Shown: positions 16,932 to 26,841 of the stretch, piece after piece | Layout: each line of letters begins with the position of its first letter | Position numbering within the stretch: position 1 is the stretch's first letter | Source: a virus | Strand: one strand, 5' to 3' | Length of the DNA: 42,419 bases | Virus record (IMG/VR): IMGVR_UViG_3300045988_017232 | Coordinates: 1 to 42,419 of that record | Made by a program: the position numbers and the translations under genes | The notes under the pieces: generated by a model | Told to the model about the DNA's origin: nothing | The model's database searches: none | The model's input: the letters and a program-made list of their open reading frames with translations, nothing else

Positions 16932-18023
16932 TCAGTTGGCTTCGTCCGTACCGGAGTATGCGCTGCAGCTCTCCACGCGGACCATGCGGTCCTCGTACAG
17001 CAGCTTCGCCGCCATCTCGGCCTTGTAGCCGACGGTCGAGAACTGGTTCAGCGGGCCGCCGATCTCGTCCTTGCCCTTGACGATCATCTCAAGATTGCCG
17101 CCCTCCGGGTCGATCATCTTGTATGCGTCCTTTCCGAGGAACAGCGTCGCGTACACACTGTAGTAGACCGCCGTTCCTCCGTCAGACGCTGCCGTCTTGA
17201 CCGGGCAGGTCGAGTTGTTGAAGATCTTCGCCTCCGTCGTCTCGACAAACCGGACGCCGTGCAGCTCGCCGATCTCACCCGAGAACAGCGGCGTGACGTC
17301 TGCATACTTGTGCGCCTCGACCCATGCGTCCGAGGACCGCAGGTCGTATGCGACCGACGGGTGGATGATGGCGACGTACTTGCCGTCGATCTTCGGAGCC
17401 TTCATCTTCTTCAGCGTCGTCACGGCCTTGTTGACCTCGTCCGGCGTCAGCTTCGCCGTCAGGTCGAGGCCTGCACGGCTGGTGACTGCCGTATGCGCGC
17501 CGCCCGCTGCGACCTTGTCGCAGTACTGCACGTTCGAGCCTGCCACGACCGCGTCGCGCACGCGCTTGTCGATGGACGTACCCGCGGAAGCGCCGAGCTC
17601 TTCGGTCGCGCCCAGGATGACGTTGTCCAGCGCATGCAGCTCCAGCTGATCCGAGACCGTCACATACAGGCCGATCTGCTTGATCGCGCCGGTCGTGCTG
17701 GTCTGGCCCATCTTCTGGCCGGTCGGGATGACGCCTTCGGTCAGCTCCTCCGCGTCCTTCAGCGTGTTCCACTTGCGCCACTCGACGGTCTTTCCGTGGT
17801 TGCGCGGCAGCGCCTGACGGCCTGCCAGCTGCGCATGCACGAGGTTCGGCCGTGCGTTCTCGAGCAGCTGCGTGTCGTAGAACGTCTTCATGGTCGGCGC
17901 GAGCGTGTCGTTGCCGCTGAATGCGGTCGTCTGACCGGTGCCTGCGTTTACATAGTTGCCGGTCGCGTTGACGAGCGTACCGGCGTCAGCAAAAAACTGA
18001 AATCCGACTTTGGATTTAAACAT
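16932..18023 (-). CDS. Major capsid protein, N4-gp56-type (HK97 fold)
   Basis: 363 aa. FADAGTLVN N-terminus and ...GKTVEWRKWNTL...LTEGVIPTG... pattern typical of the N4-gp56 capsid family. Follows the scaffold gene. Confidence 0.8.
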   Translation of the reverse strand: MFKSKVGFQFFADAGTLVNATGNYVNAGTGQTTAFSGNDTLAPTMKTFYDTQLLENARPNLVHAQLAGRQALPRNHGKTVEWRKWNTLKDAEELTEGVIPTGQKMGQTSTTGAIKQIGLYVTVSDQLELHALDNVILGATEELGASAGTSIDKRVRDAVVAGSNVQYCDKVAAGGAHTAVTSRAGLDLTAKLTPDEVNKAVTTLKKMKAPKIDGKYVAIIHPSVAYDLRSSDAWVEAHKYADVTPLFSGEIGELHGVRFVETTEAKIFNNSTCPVKTAASDGGTAVYYSVYATLFLGKDAYKMIDPEGGNLEMIVKGKDEIGGPLNQFSTVGYKAEMAAKLLYEDRMVRVESCSAYSGTDEAN

Positions 18024-18041
18024 AGCTTCTTATCTCCTTTC

Positions 18042-18893
18042 TCAGGGGATCACTCGTTCCCCTCTTGCCGCGCGGCGGCGCATGTCCTCTACCTCCGCTC
18101 GTGACCAGTGTGTTTTCATCGGGACGTTCTCTCCGCCCGCAGCGCCGGATCCGATCTCCTGCGGCCGCGCGCCCTGCGCCTGGATGGTCCGCATAACGTT
18201 CTCCCGCGCCTGGTTCGCCACCAGCTGCGCCTGTGCCTGTGCGATCTCCTGCTGGTGGATGACCTCATAGGCCGTCTTCGGCGGCACGCCCGCGCCCATG
18301 AGCCGTGCAAAATCCGGGTTCTGCATCTCGGTCTCAAAGTCCGCGCCGTACCGCGCCGTCACATCCCGGGCAAAGTCTGCCTGGATCCCGGCGAAGGCTT
18401 CTCGCATCTGGTACTCCTGCAGCTGTCGCCGCATAGCCGTATTCTCGGCCCTGCCGGCGTACTCCTTTTTGAGGGCGTCCGCCGACATGCCCTTTTCCAT
18501 GGCCTCTGCGCTATAAAGCCGCTCGTCAGCGGAAAAGCGCTGTGCCAGCGCCGCAAAGTCCGTCTTTCGCGGATCCGACGTGTCGATTCCATAGAGCGCG
18601 CCAAGCTGGTCAATGATCGGAGCCATGGCCTCCGCCTGCCCCTTGTACTGGTTCAGCCCGCGCACCCGCTGCTTGACAACCCTTTGCACAGCAGAGTCAA
18701 AGTCCTTCTTGAATCTTCCCTGAATCAGGCTGTCAAACGTTTCTTCCTGCTGCGTACCCTGTCCCTGAGCGTCGGGGACGTTGGCCGGCTGCTGCTGCAC
18801 CTGCGCCTGTGCGGCTGCCTCCTGCCCGCTCTGCTGACCGGCGGCTTCAGCTGCGTTCGTCTGAACGCTTACGCCCGTGAATTCGCCTTCCAT
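18042..18893 (-). CDS. Scaffolding protein
   Basis: 283 aa, A/Q/E-rich and helical, low complexity. Lies between portal and capsid. Confidence 0.7.
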   Translation of the reverse strand: MEGEFTGVSVQTNAAEAAGQQSGQEAAAQAQVQQQPANVPDAQGQGTQQEETFDSLIQGRFKKDFDSAVQRVVKQRVRGLNQYKGQAEAMAPIIDQLGALYGIDTSDPRKTDFAALAQRFSADERLYSAEAMEKGMSADALKKEYAGRAENTAMRRQLQEYQMREAFAGIQADFARDVTARYGADFETEMQNPDFARLMGAGVPPKTAYEVIHQQEIAQAQAQLVANQARENVMRTIQAQGARPQEIGSGAAGGENVPMKTHWSRAEVEDMRRRAARGERVIP

Positions 18894-19011
18894 GCTATAA
18901 ATTCCTTTCTGGCGTTTATTCTAAAATCATCGTAGCACAAACTTTTCCCAACTTCACCCCACGCCAGTCAGAAATAATCCCGCCGGAACGGGCCGCCGCA
19001 ATCGTCGGTTC

Positions 19012-20958
19012 TTATCCCGGCTGCGTGCTTTCTTCCGACTTTTTGCGCGCATTCTCCACGATCTTCGGCTCCTGCGTCTCGCCGGTGTTGATCTCCGGCT
19101 TCTCCGCTGCCGCGGTGCTCGCCTGCGGGACTGCCTGTCCGCCCTCCTGCAGGATCTGCTGCGCCAGTCCCTCACCCATGACCGGATCGTACCGGTCTGC
19201 CAACGCCAGCGCCAGCTGCTGCCACTCGATGAGCCGCTGCTGCAGGTCCGCGTTCTCCTGGATTTTCTGGATGATCGAGTCTTTCCCGTCGAAGTCCATC
19301 ATGTCCAGTGTAGATAGCGCCTGGTCGACCATCTGCGGGTTGAAGAATCCCAGCTGGAAGAACTGCAGTGCCAGCTCGTTCTGCGCCATGGACGTGTACT
19401 CACTCGCCTTCTGCGCCGAGACCTCAATGTCGAAGACCGGCTGCCGCAGCCCATCCGGCTGCCCGTTCGCGCCGTAGAGCGTCTGCGGCTGCAAGCCCTG
19501 ATTGCTGTACTGTACGAACTGCTCTGCCCCGCGCTGCCCGATGATCCGGAACTGCCGCGGCAGATCGTAGAACTGCCGGATCCGCTCAATGACCATCCGG
19601 ATCATCCGCGCATACGCCCGGTATGCCGACTTCGTAGAATCTTTGCTGCTCCTGCCGGATGCCTCCTGCAAGGCCGCAATGGCCGAGGCTGCCGTCACGC
19701 CCGAGTTTGTCGCGCCGTTGTTGACATCCGTGTTTCCCGTCGTCCACTTGAGCTCTTCAATTTTGTTCTGCAAGATCGCAATGTAATTGCTGTTGAGCAT
19801 GTTCACCTGGATCGGAACCAGACTGTCCTGCCCCAGATTCCCATCCACATGCACAAACGGCTTCGTCCAGTCCGCGAACTCCTGCTCGTTGACCGACCCG
19901 TCCGACCGCTTGAACCACCGAGGCGTCGTCGCCATGATCGCGTTCTTTACGATCGCCTGGTTCATCCGGTCGATCTGCTCCTGCGTCGACTTGCCGACGT
20001 CGATATAGCCGTATCCCGCTATGCTCCCCTCCACCGGGAACAGCGCGTCGACCACGAACGGGTATTCCCCGTCGTCATACAGCCCCGTCTCGGCCATGGG
20101 CCGCCCGGCCGGCTGCTGCACAATGCTCCCGTCCGGCAGCGTCAGCGTGTCATATTTCTGTTCCGTATCGTTCTCCGTCGACTGCAAAACCGTATCGCCC
20201 ACCAGCTTTGCAAAGTGCAGCACCTGCCGTCCGTTCTGATATTTCTTGTAATACCAGTCCACCACCATTGACTTGTTGTCAAAGTTGATGACGTCGTCCG
20301 TGTTGTACTTCTGCTGGATCTGCGGATTGGAGTTGAGCTTTCCCCGCAGCTCCGGGTACTTCTCGACCAGCAGATCGTTGTCCACCATCTCCGTCAGGAA
20401 GATGTTCTTCGACTTCTGCAGATCCCGCACGCCCGGCTCCCAGAAAAAAGACAGAATATCCACCGGCTGCACCGAGATATCCCCGAGTCCATTCAGCTTC
20501 GAGGAATCCCACTTCACATGCCAGATGAGCGTCCCCTGCTTGAGTTTCGTCCACTGGCTGTCCGAATAGACCTCTTCAAAGTCGTTCTGTTCCAGGATGA
20601 CCGGCAGCACCGAGGAAAGCTTCGCTGCCTCCTCCCGGTCGTCCGGTTCCCGCGGCCGGATCGCCGGGGCCGGATATGCCGCGATGGCATCCGCGTGCTT
20701 GCCCATAATGACGTTGAAGAGCCACGCCGATGTCCACTTGTCGTCCTCCTGGTTCCCCTTCTGGATCCTCTGCCAGCTGCGCATGCGCCACCAGTCCTCC
20801 GAAGCAATGACCCGCGCCTCCAGCGCACTCTTGCCCTGCCGGTATTTCTGCAGCGTGTCCATGGCCTTTCTGGCCTGCTCTTCGCCGATGGACTTCCGCG
20901 TCGTCAGCCCGCTCGCCGTGTCATTCTGCATTCTCGGCTGCATCTGCTCTGCCTGCAT
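19012..20958 (-). CDS. Portal protein
   Basis: 648 aa. AAGGAGGA lies 8 nt upstream of the ATG at 20958. Size and position (upstream of scaffold + capsid) fit a portal. Confidence 0.75.
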   Translation of the reverse strand: MQAEQMQPRMQNDTASGLTTRKSIGEEQARKAMDTLQKYRQGKSALEARVIASEDWWRMRSWQRIQKGNQEDDKWTSAWLFNVIMGKHADAIAAYPAPAIRPREPDDREEAAKLSSVLPVILEQNDFEEVYSDSQWTKLKQGTLIWHVKWDSSKLNGLGDISVQPVDILSFFWEPGVRDLQKSKNIFLTEMVDNDLLVEKYPELRGKLNSNPQIQQKYNTDDVINFDNKSMVVDWYYKKYQNGRQVLHFAKLVGDTVLQSTENDTEQKYDTLTLPDGSIVQQPAGRPMAETGLYDDGEYPFVVDALFPVEGSIAGYGYIDVGKSTQEQIDRMNQAIVKNAIMATTPRWFKRSDGSVNEQEFADWTKPFVHVDGNLGQDSLVPIQVNMLNSNYIAILQNKIEELKWTTGNTDVNNGATNSGVTAASAIAALQEASGRSSKDSTKSAYRAYARMIRMVIERIRQFYDLPRQFRIIGQRGAEQFVQYSNQGLQPQTLYGANGQPDGLRQPVFDIEVSAQKASEYTSMAQNELALQFFQLGFFNPQMVDQALSTLDMMDFDGKDSIIQKIQENADLQQRLIEWQQLALALADRYDPVMGEGLAQQILQEGGQAVPQASTAAAEKPEINTGETQEPKIVENARKKSEESTQPG

Positions 20959-21118
20959 CCTCTGTGTCCTCCTTCCGCATATCTGCTGCCGTCAGCAGCT
21001 CGACCTCATGCCGGATCCCGTCCAGCACAAGCCCCACCACGACCGGCGGCAGCCCCGCCCGGTTGATGTCCCTTACCAGCTGCCCCCGCAGCTGCACGAT
21101 TGCCTTTGTGATGTTCAT
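20921..21118 (-). CDS. Small hypothetical protein (65 aa)
   Basis: ORF overlaps the portal start by 38 nt. No motif recognised. Confidence 0.55.
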   Translation of the reverse strand: MNITKAIVQLRGQLVRDINRAGLPPVVVGLVLDGIRHEVELLTAADMRKEDTEDAGRADAAENAE

Positions 21119-21136
21119 TTCAATCTCCTTCCGCCG

Positions 21137-21757
21137 CTATGGCCGCATTGCCTGAATCAGCTTGTTTACTCCGGCCTTCATGTTCAGCAGTATCCGTGCA
21201 TAAATCGGGGCTCCTTTTTGGATGCTGTCAGGCTTAACCCCATCATACATTGCTTGTCTCGCATCTTCATCGACATATAGCAGCCCTCCCCCTATCCCAT
21301 TAAACGCCTGTCTGACAATGCTTGCCGTTATAGTATCCCCAGGCACAATTGTAGGAACAGTATCAGCCCGCACCCCTGTCAGCTCGCTCATAGCGATCAG
21401 CTTTTGATACAATTCATTCATCGCAGCTGCGGTCAGATTCGACACATGCTGCCCAGCCTTGATTTTTTCATCATCATTGTCTGTCCACGCAAAATCTGAA
21501 ACTTGAACGCGACGGACAAAGTAAAATCTTATCACGGAGCCGCCTTGTTGTATCCGGTTTAAATTGATGCTTTCGCCCTTGATCCAGCGATCCATCTGCC
21601 CTGCGCCTCTGCATATCATAAAAACATATGCCTTCCCATATGTTTTGTAGGCCAGCGTATCTGTGACCGCAATTTCTGTCCCCTCTATTTCTTCGGTCAA
21701 CGTCGCCATCAGCGTTCCACCATTGTCGGTATAGCATTTTTCCGTATACGTTGCCAT
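21137..21757 (-). CDS. Hypothetical structural-module protein (206 aa), compositionally atypical
   Basis: ATG at 21757 (MATYTEK) lies 4 nt after the upstream stop. Sampled 60-nt stretches are about 45-50% GC, against about 63% in the neighbouring genes. Confidence 0.7.
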   Translation of the reverse strand: MATYTEKCYTDNGGTLMATLTEEIEGTEIAVTDTLAYKTYGKAYVFMICRGAGQMDRWIKGESINLNRIQQGGSVIRFYFVRRVQVSDFAWTDNDDEKIKAGQHVSNLTAAAMNELYQKLIAMSELTGVRADTVPTIVPGDTITASIVRQAFNGIGGGLLYVDEDARQAMYDGVKPDSIQKGAPIYARILLNMKAGVNKLIQAMRP

Positions 21758-21761
21758 ATCC

Positions 21762-22976
21762 TCACCCAAACACCGGCGTTGCGGTGCTGATCCCCTCGAT
21801 GGATTTTGCATGGAAAATGATCTTCCCGCTTGCGAGCAGCTGGATCCACGCGCTTTCATCCTTGTTCTGCAGATACACAGAGCCCTTTGTCGACTTGATG
21901 CGCACCGCCGGGCCGGACAGATTGACCGCATATTCCGCCGTGCTGGAGGACGTAAACTGCAGACTGCCCTCCGCGCCGCCGATCGTGCCGTTGGAGAAAT
22001 TTGTGCCCGCGATCTCAAGACCGTTGCTGATGATGTTGATCTCATCCATGATCTGCTTGAGCTTCGCCTGAATGCTCGTGCCGTCGAGCTTCAGATCCGT
22101 TGCGTTGATCGTTCCGCCGATCTCAGCCCCCGTGCACGTCAGCTTGCCGTTCGCGTCGACCTTGAATTTGTCCTTGATGGAAAGCCCGCTCGTGCCGAAG
22201 TACATGCTTGCGCTGCCCCCAAATTCGTTGGCCTTGCGGAAAATGCTGCTTTCCGAGATCGTCCACGGGCCGAACGTCGAGTCGGCTGCTGCCGTGATCT
22301 TCCCCGACAGCACCGCCCCCGCCGCCTCCAGCGTCCCGGATGGGAAATGCAGCTTCTTGTCGCTTAAATACGCGACCTCCTTCCCGTCCTGCCAGAAGCT
22401 CACCCGGTCCGGCGTCACCGTCACCAGCTCGTTCTTCGTCTGGTCGATGACCCGTTCGCCGCCGTCCGTCACCTTCGTCTCGATGTTCCCCACGCCCACG
22501 CCGTACACCGGCGTCACGTCGTTGTAATACAGCAGCCCCGTCTTGATATACTGCTGCGAATTCACCGAGAACTGATTGTTGACGCCCGCCGTGTAGTCAT
22601 ACAGCTGTTTGATGCCGACGGAATTGCCCTCGATCGTCAGCTGCGTCTTTTCGAGATACTTTCCGAAGTCCGAGATCGCCACATAGCTGCCGGACAGCTT
22701 CGTCGACCACGTCTCCGAGTTCGCCGCGGCGAAGTCCGCCGTCTTGATGATGAGCGACTTCAAAGCCGCGTAGCCGGACAGTGTCTCCTTCTTCTCCGCC
22801 TCCGGCAGGCTGTCCGCGTCGATTGCCTGCGAGATCTCCGTCAGCGTCGCCTTCGCCGACCAGTCGGCGAGATTCAGCTGCTCAGTCACGCTGCACAGAT
22901 ACCGCCGCATGCTCTCCAGCTGCTCCTGCGTCGTCTTCCCCGCGATCGACGGGTATGCAAGTGTTAAAGATCCCAT
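21762..22976 (-). CDS. Tail fibre/spike-like protein (404 aa)
   Basis: Beta-rich and G/S/T-rich sequence (…GTINATDLKLDGTS…). Its start overlaps the upstream stop (TAATG). Confidence 0.6.
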   Translation of the reverse strand: MGSLTLAYPSIAGKTTQEQLESMRRYLCSVTEQLNLADWSAKATLTEISQAIDADSLPEAEKKETLSGYAALKSLIIKTADFAAANSETWSTKLSGSYVAISDFGKYLEKTQLTIEGNSVGIKQLYDYTAGVNNQFSVNSQQYIKTGLLYYNDVTPVYGVGVGNIETKVTDGGERVIDQTKNELVTVTPDRVSFWQDGKEVAYLSDKKLHFPSGTLEAAGAVLSGKITAAADSTFGPWTISESSIFRKANEFGGSASMYFGTSGLSIKDKFKVDANGKLTCTGAEIGGTINATDLKLDGTSIQAKLKQIMDEINIISNGLEIAGTNFSNGTIGGAEGSLQFTSSSTAEYAVNLSGPAVRIKSTKGSVYLQNKDESAWIQLLASGKIIFHAKSIEGISTATPVFG

Positions 22977-24730
22977 TATGCGTCACTCCCTGCCTCTAAA
23001 ACCCGCGCCAGACTGAACAGCTTCATCTCGCCCTTTCCCGTCAGCCGGAACTTCAGATGGTCACACCTTGCGGGCCGGATCGGCAGCAGGAAGGTCCGCA
23101 GCCCCCGTCCCTCGATATGCCCGCAGTGCCGCCAGATGCCGTCGGAATCGTACTGCACCCAGAAATCGACGCTCGACCCCTTCGGCAGCTGCATGCGCAG
23201 ATTGATGCGCGAGACATACTTCTTCCCGACCATCCCATACGTCATGATCCCCGTTTCCGCCATCCAGCCTACCGGGCCTTCCAGCGTCCCGACACTCCCG
23301 TACACGGTCCTGAGCGTCCTGTCCTCAAGGAAGTACAGCTCATCGTCCACCCTGGCGAAGTCCGCCGCGTGGGTATCGTCCTCCCTGTGCCATAACCCCT
23401 TGCGGGTGTCGTAGACGAACAGCGACCAGTTATGACCTTCATCCTCCATGCTGATGAAATACTTTCCTCTGGCGCCGCCCGCCACGGCGTTGTAATACAG
23501 CTTCGTCCCGAAGCAGCTTCCGATCTCCTGCGGCAGACTCCCGTCGTACACGCAAACGCCCATCCGCGATTTGTAATACAGCCGGTCGTCCACCACGACC
23601 AGGCTCTTGCTCGACCCATTCTGCACGCCCGCGCATTTCTGCACGACCACCTGATGCGCCCCCGTCGCCGACGGATACACCCGGTGGAAGCAGTCCTCCT
23701 TGAAGAACACCGGGCTGTCGGCCAGCGTCGCCGCGCCGGTCCACTTTCCGTCCGTGCCGCAGCTCGCGCGCCATGAATCCGTCGACACGCCCTGGTAGCA
23801 CTCCCAGTTCTTAAAATCGCCCAGCTTGCAGCAGTAGATCTCATTGACGGTCTCGCCGTCCGCCACGCCGTACTTGCAGCCCCACAGCCGGTTCCCGCTC
23901 TCGGTGATGAAGTCCATGCTTGGGACCTTCCGGGCCGTCTTCACGGTCCCGCTCGTCACCTTCGTCGTCTCGTCGACGAGGCCGACGATCACGATATAGC
24001 TCTCGCCCACGTCGTACAGGATCTGGCTGCCGTTGAGCTTTTCGACCTGCTCGTTCCCGGTCAGCCCCGAAAGCCGGATGCCGTCGTATTGCTGAAAGCC
24101 CTTCCCGATGCCGTTCGCGGAAAGCTTCAGATACACCGTCGGCACGGATACCCACTGGCTCGTCGCCTCCGCCCACTGCTTGAGCGTGTGGAGCTTGCCG
24201 GACGTGTCGAGCCAGTACTGGCCATTCGTCGGGTTTTCCGGCTGGCTGGCCTGCGTGTAGCTGACCGTCAGCGCCGTCCCGTCGACGAGGCACAGGGAAA
24301 TGTCAATGTTCGTGCTTGCCGCGTCGACCACATTCTCCTGCCCCATGTACCCGTTGTCGGAATACTTCTCGGTGTTGAAGTAGATCCCGTCCGGGAAGAT
24401 GCACAGATACGCGCCCATGGAAATGAGCTGCTTTTCCCCCGCCGAGATCGACACGGACGGCATATACGCCTCCATCGAAGCGCCGTTGATATAAAGCACT
24501 TGGTTCTGCACCCAGCACAGCGCATCCTTCGCCAGAATGCCCTGCACCCCCTCGATCGCTTGCGCCGTCCCCCGCCTTGGCCGCGGCGCGAGCAGTGGGT
24601 ACTCGTCCGCCGACAGATTCTCCATGTCGTAAAACTCCCCGTCCGCCAGCTCGAGGTTGTGGTTGTATCCGAGAAAGACCTCCGTCATCATGGTCTGCTT
24701 CTCAGTCTCCGTCAGTTGTGGTGCCAGCAT
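22976..24730 (-). CDS. Large virion/tail protein (584 aa), beta-propeller-like
   Basis: AAGGAGG SD inside the end of terL. W/Y/G-rich repeated strands. Vaguely like the tail or stabilisation proteins of podoviruses (weak recollection). Confidence 0.6.
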   Translation of the reverse strand: MLAPQLTETEKQTMMTEVFLGYNHNLELADGEFYDMENLSADEYPLLAPRPRRGTAQAIEGVQGILAKDALCWVQNQVLYINGASMEAYMPSVSISAGEKQLISMGAYLCIFPDGIYFNTEKYSDNGYMGQENVVDAASTNIDISLCLVDGTALTVSYTQASQPENPTNGQYWLDTSGKLHTLKQWAEATSQWVSVPTVYLKLSANGIGKGFQQYDGIRLSGLTGNEQVEKLNGSQILYDVGESYIVIVGLVDETTKVTSGTVKTARKVPSMDFITESGNRLWGCKYGVADGETVNEIYCCKLGDFKNWECYQGVSTDSWRASCGTDGKWTGAATLADSPVFFKEDCFHRVYPSATGAHQVVVQKCAGVQNGSSKSLVVVDDRLYYKSRMGVCVYDGSLPQEIGSCFGTKLYYNAVAGGARGKYFISMEDEGHNWSLFVYDTRKGLWHREDDTHAADFARVDDELYFLEDRTLRTVYGSVGTLEGPVGWMAETGIMTYGMVGKKYVSRINLRMQLPKGSSVDFWVQYDSDGIWRHCGHIEGRGLRTFLLPIRPARCDHLKFRLTGKGEMKLFSLARVLEAGSDA

Positions 24731-24734
24731 GGCC

Positions 24735-26093
24735 TTACCTCCTTTTCATCATGTCCAGGGGATCAAACAGAACCGGCGGTGCTTCTGCCGGTACCGTCGG
24801 CTTGATTGGCCGCGACATGCACATATACCGCCATTCGTCCGCGCAGTGATCCTCCATTTTCGTATCCAGATCCTCCACCTTGTGCTCGTCATACATGAGC
24901 ATCGGGATCGTCCGGATAAACGCTTTGCACCCTGCAAATACATACATGCTCGGGTATCCATCCGGGTCAAACTGTAGCCGGTAGTGGCACTGCATCCACC
25001 CCGCAATGCGCTCGTTGTCTCCCGGTGAAAAATATACACCGTATTTCGCTGCGGTCTGCATGATGCTCTCTCCGCGATCCGCCGCCCAGCACGCCGGGTC
25101 GGCGACGCCGATGATGTTCTTCCCTTTGAGCCACGCATGCGTCCGCTCGATCCTGCTGATCTCCGCAAACTGCTTGTCCGGGTTCCACTTGACGCCCTCG
25201 TTCGGTGTCTTCGTGCATCCGTAAAGCTCCAGAATGCGATAGATCACGCCGTCATAGTCGACCGCCCACCACGCACAGGAAAACGGCTTGCCGTAGCCAA
25301 AGTCATAGCTCCGGCAGATCGTCCACCCGTCCGGGATCTCAAACGGCTCAATGACATGTGTCCAGCGCCGGTCTTTGTAGTGTTCCGGATCGTCCCGGAA
25401 GTCCTCAAAGAATTGCCCTTCGTAGACGTCCCACCTGCCATACAGCCATGCCTCGCGCAGCTTCGGCGGCAGTGTTTCGAGCTGCTCGATATACTCCGGC
25501 TGGATCTGCATCAGGACTTTGTTGTCCTGCACCAGCGCCTGAATGAAGCTGTAGTTTTCCGGCTTCTCTTTGTCCTCAAATCTGCGGTCAATGAACAGGC
25601 GCTTGAAATACGCATGTGCCGGGCCGCCCGGGTTCAGCGTGTAGTACGTCCGCTTTGGAAACGGGTTTGTGCCGCGCACGCAGGCGTTGATCTGGTCGAT
25701 CCACTCCTTTTGCAGCTGCCCGGCCTCGTCAATGAACAGCACGTCGTATTCCGCGCCCTGGTATTGCCCCAGATCTCCCGCGTTGTCGCAGTAACCGAAC
25801 GTGATCGTCGATCCGTTTGGGAACCGGAAGGTCTTGTCGGTGGTGTTGTACTTTGCGATCCCCGCCAGCTCTTTTTTCAGCGGCTCGATGTGGTTGTTCC
25901 GGAGCTCAGGCATCGCGCGCCTGACGATCAGAACCTTGATCCCTGCGAAGTGCAGTGCCAGCAGCTTTGCCTTCGTCCGCACAGCCCAGCTTTTCCCTCC
26001 GCCGCGCGCACCGCCATAGGCCACATGCCGGTGATGATCCAGCAGAAACAGCTTTTGCTTTTCGTTCGGCTCCCCGAAGCAGCGCTTCTTCAT
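24735..26093 (-). CDS. terL: Terminase large subunit
   Basis: Walker A GGARGGGKS, Walker B VLFIDEA, C-terminal nuclease-type acidic motifs. ATGA overlap with terS. Confidence 0.92.
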   Translation of the reverse strand: MKKRCFGEPNEKQKLFLLDHHRHVAYGGARGGGKSWAVRTKAKLLALHFAGIKVLIVRRAMPELRNNHIEPLKKELAGIAKYNTTDKTFRFPNGSTITFGYCDNAGDLGQYQGAEYDVLFIDEAGQLQKEWIDQINACVRGTNPFPKRTYYTLNPGGPAHAYFKRLFIDRRFEDKEKPENYSFIQALVQDNKVLMQIQPEYIEQLETLPPKLREAWLYGRWDVYEGQFFEDFRDDPEHYKDRRWTHVIEPFEIPDGWTICRSYDFGYGKPFSCAWWAVDYDGVIYRILELYGCTKTPNEGVKWNPDKQFAEISRIERTHAWLKGKNIIGVADPACWAADRGESIMQTAAKYGVYFSPGDNERIAGWMQCHYRLQFDPDGYPSMYVFAGCKAFIRTIPMLMYDEHKVEDLDTKMEDHCADEWRYMCMSRPIKPTVPAEAPPVLFDPLDMMKRR

Positions 26094-26521
26094 TCCGCGT
26101 AAGCCTCCGCTTCTGCGTCCATGACGATCCTCTGGCCTTCGTCCTTCTTCTCGCCCTCCGCGTCGCGCTTGTACCGGAACCCATACTCCAGCGCAAACTG
26201 CGCGCCTCTCTGAGAATCCCGGTCGAACAATTTTTCCGCCGTATATTGTTCCACGCGCGTCTGCGCGCGCGAAATCGTGTCCATAAATTCTTTCCTGGCC
26301 TTGTAGTTGTACAGGCTCTGCCTGCTGGAAAATCCTAGCGCCAGCGCAAGCCCCGGGATCGTTGGCGGCTTCCGGTTCACCCAGACCGGTGTCCCGTCTT
26401 TCTGGTTGAAAACGATGTCCCCGTCCTTATCCCGCAGGATCTCTCCCTTGCAGCTCTCAAAATACGCCTCGATCAGTCTTTCGATCTGCTCCACGGATTC
26501 ATACTTCGGTTTCCTCGCCAT
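26090..26521 (-). CDS. terS: Terminase small subunit
   Basis: 143 aa. PTIPGLALALGFSSRQSLYNY HTH-type motif typical of small terminases. GAAGGGAGG SD. Confidence 0.85.
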   Translation of the reverse strand: MARKPKYESVEQIERLIEAYFESCKGEILRDKDGDIVFNQKDGTPVWVNRKPPTIPGLALALGFSSRQSLYNYKARKEFMDTISRAQTRVEQYTAEKLFDRDSQRGAQFALEYGFRYKRDAEGEKKDEGQRIVMDAEAEAYAE

Positions 26522-26585
26522 GGCTCACGCCTCCCTTCTGCTTTTCAGCATAGCGTATCCGGAAAATCTTTTCACCCCACGCACG

Positions 26586-26633
26586 CAGAATGAGCGCATA
26601 CGGCGTTCCGCATGCGCTTCGGCTCTCATTCTG
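26586..26633. other. Composite inverted repeat just upstream of terS
   Basis: Outer stem CAGAATGAG/CTCATTCTG and inner stem CGCATaCGG-cgtt-CCGcATGCG. It contains the stop codon (26626-26628) of the upstream ORF. Confidence 0.5.
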
Positions 26634-26841
26634 TTCTTTCGTAGTATCGGAGCTTCGCCGCCGCGATGCTGCACCGCACGTAGTCAAAGCTGGCGCAGTA
26701 TCGCGTGATGTAGTCTGACGTCTCCCGCCGCTCAGGAAATGCGAGCACGCATTCTCCCTCGCAGCGGATCGTCTTTTTCCCGGCTGCCTGCCAGAATGGG
26801 CAGATATACTCCCTGTGCCAGTAGTCGCTCGTCCCTATCAC
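26626..26841 (-). CDS. Small Cys-rich protein (71 aa)
   Basis: YICPFW...IRCEGECVLAF...YCASFDYVRC. Only a GTG start is available and its SD spacing is poor, so the start is uncertain. Confidence 0.55.
   Translation of the reverse strand: MIGTSDYWHREYICPFWQAAGKKTIRCEGECVLAFPERRETSDYITRYCASFDYVRCSIAAAKLRYYERTE

Noticed and set aside
16851-18935. Long plus-strand ORFs (417 aa, 275 aa and others) opposite the capsid and scaffold genes, and similar ones opposite 33-35 kb
   Set aside because: They show the same antisense artefact of GC3 bias. Their translations are Arg/Leu/His/Val-rich with no motifs, and each is nested in a minus-strand gene that has a clear identity and SD.
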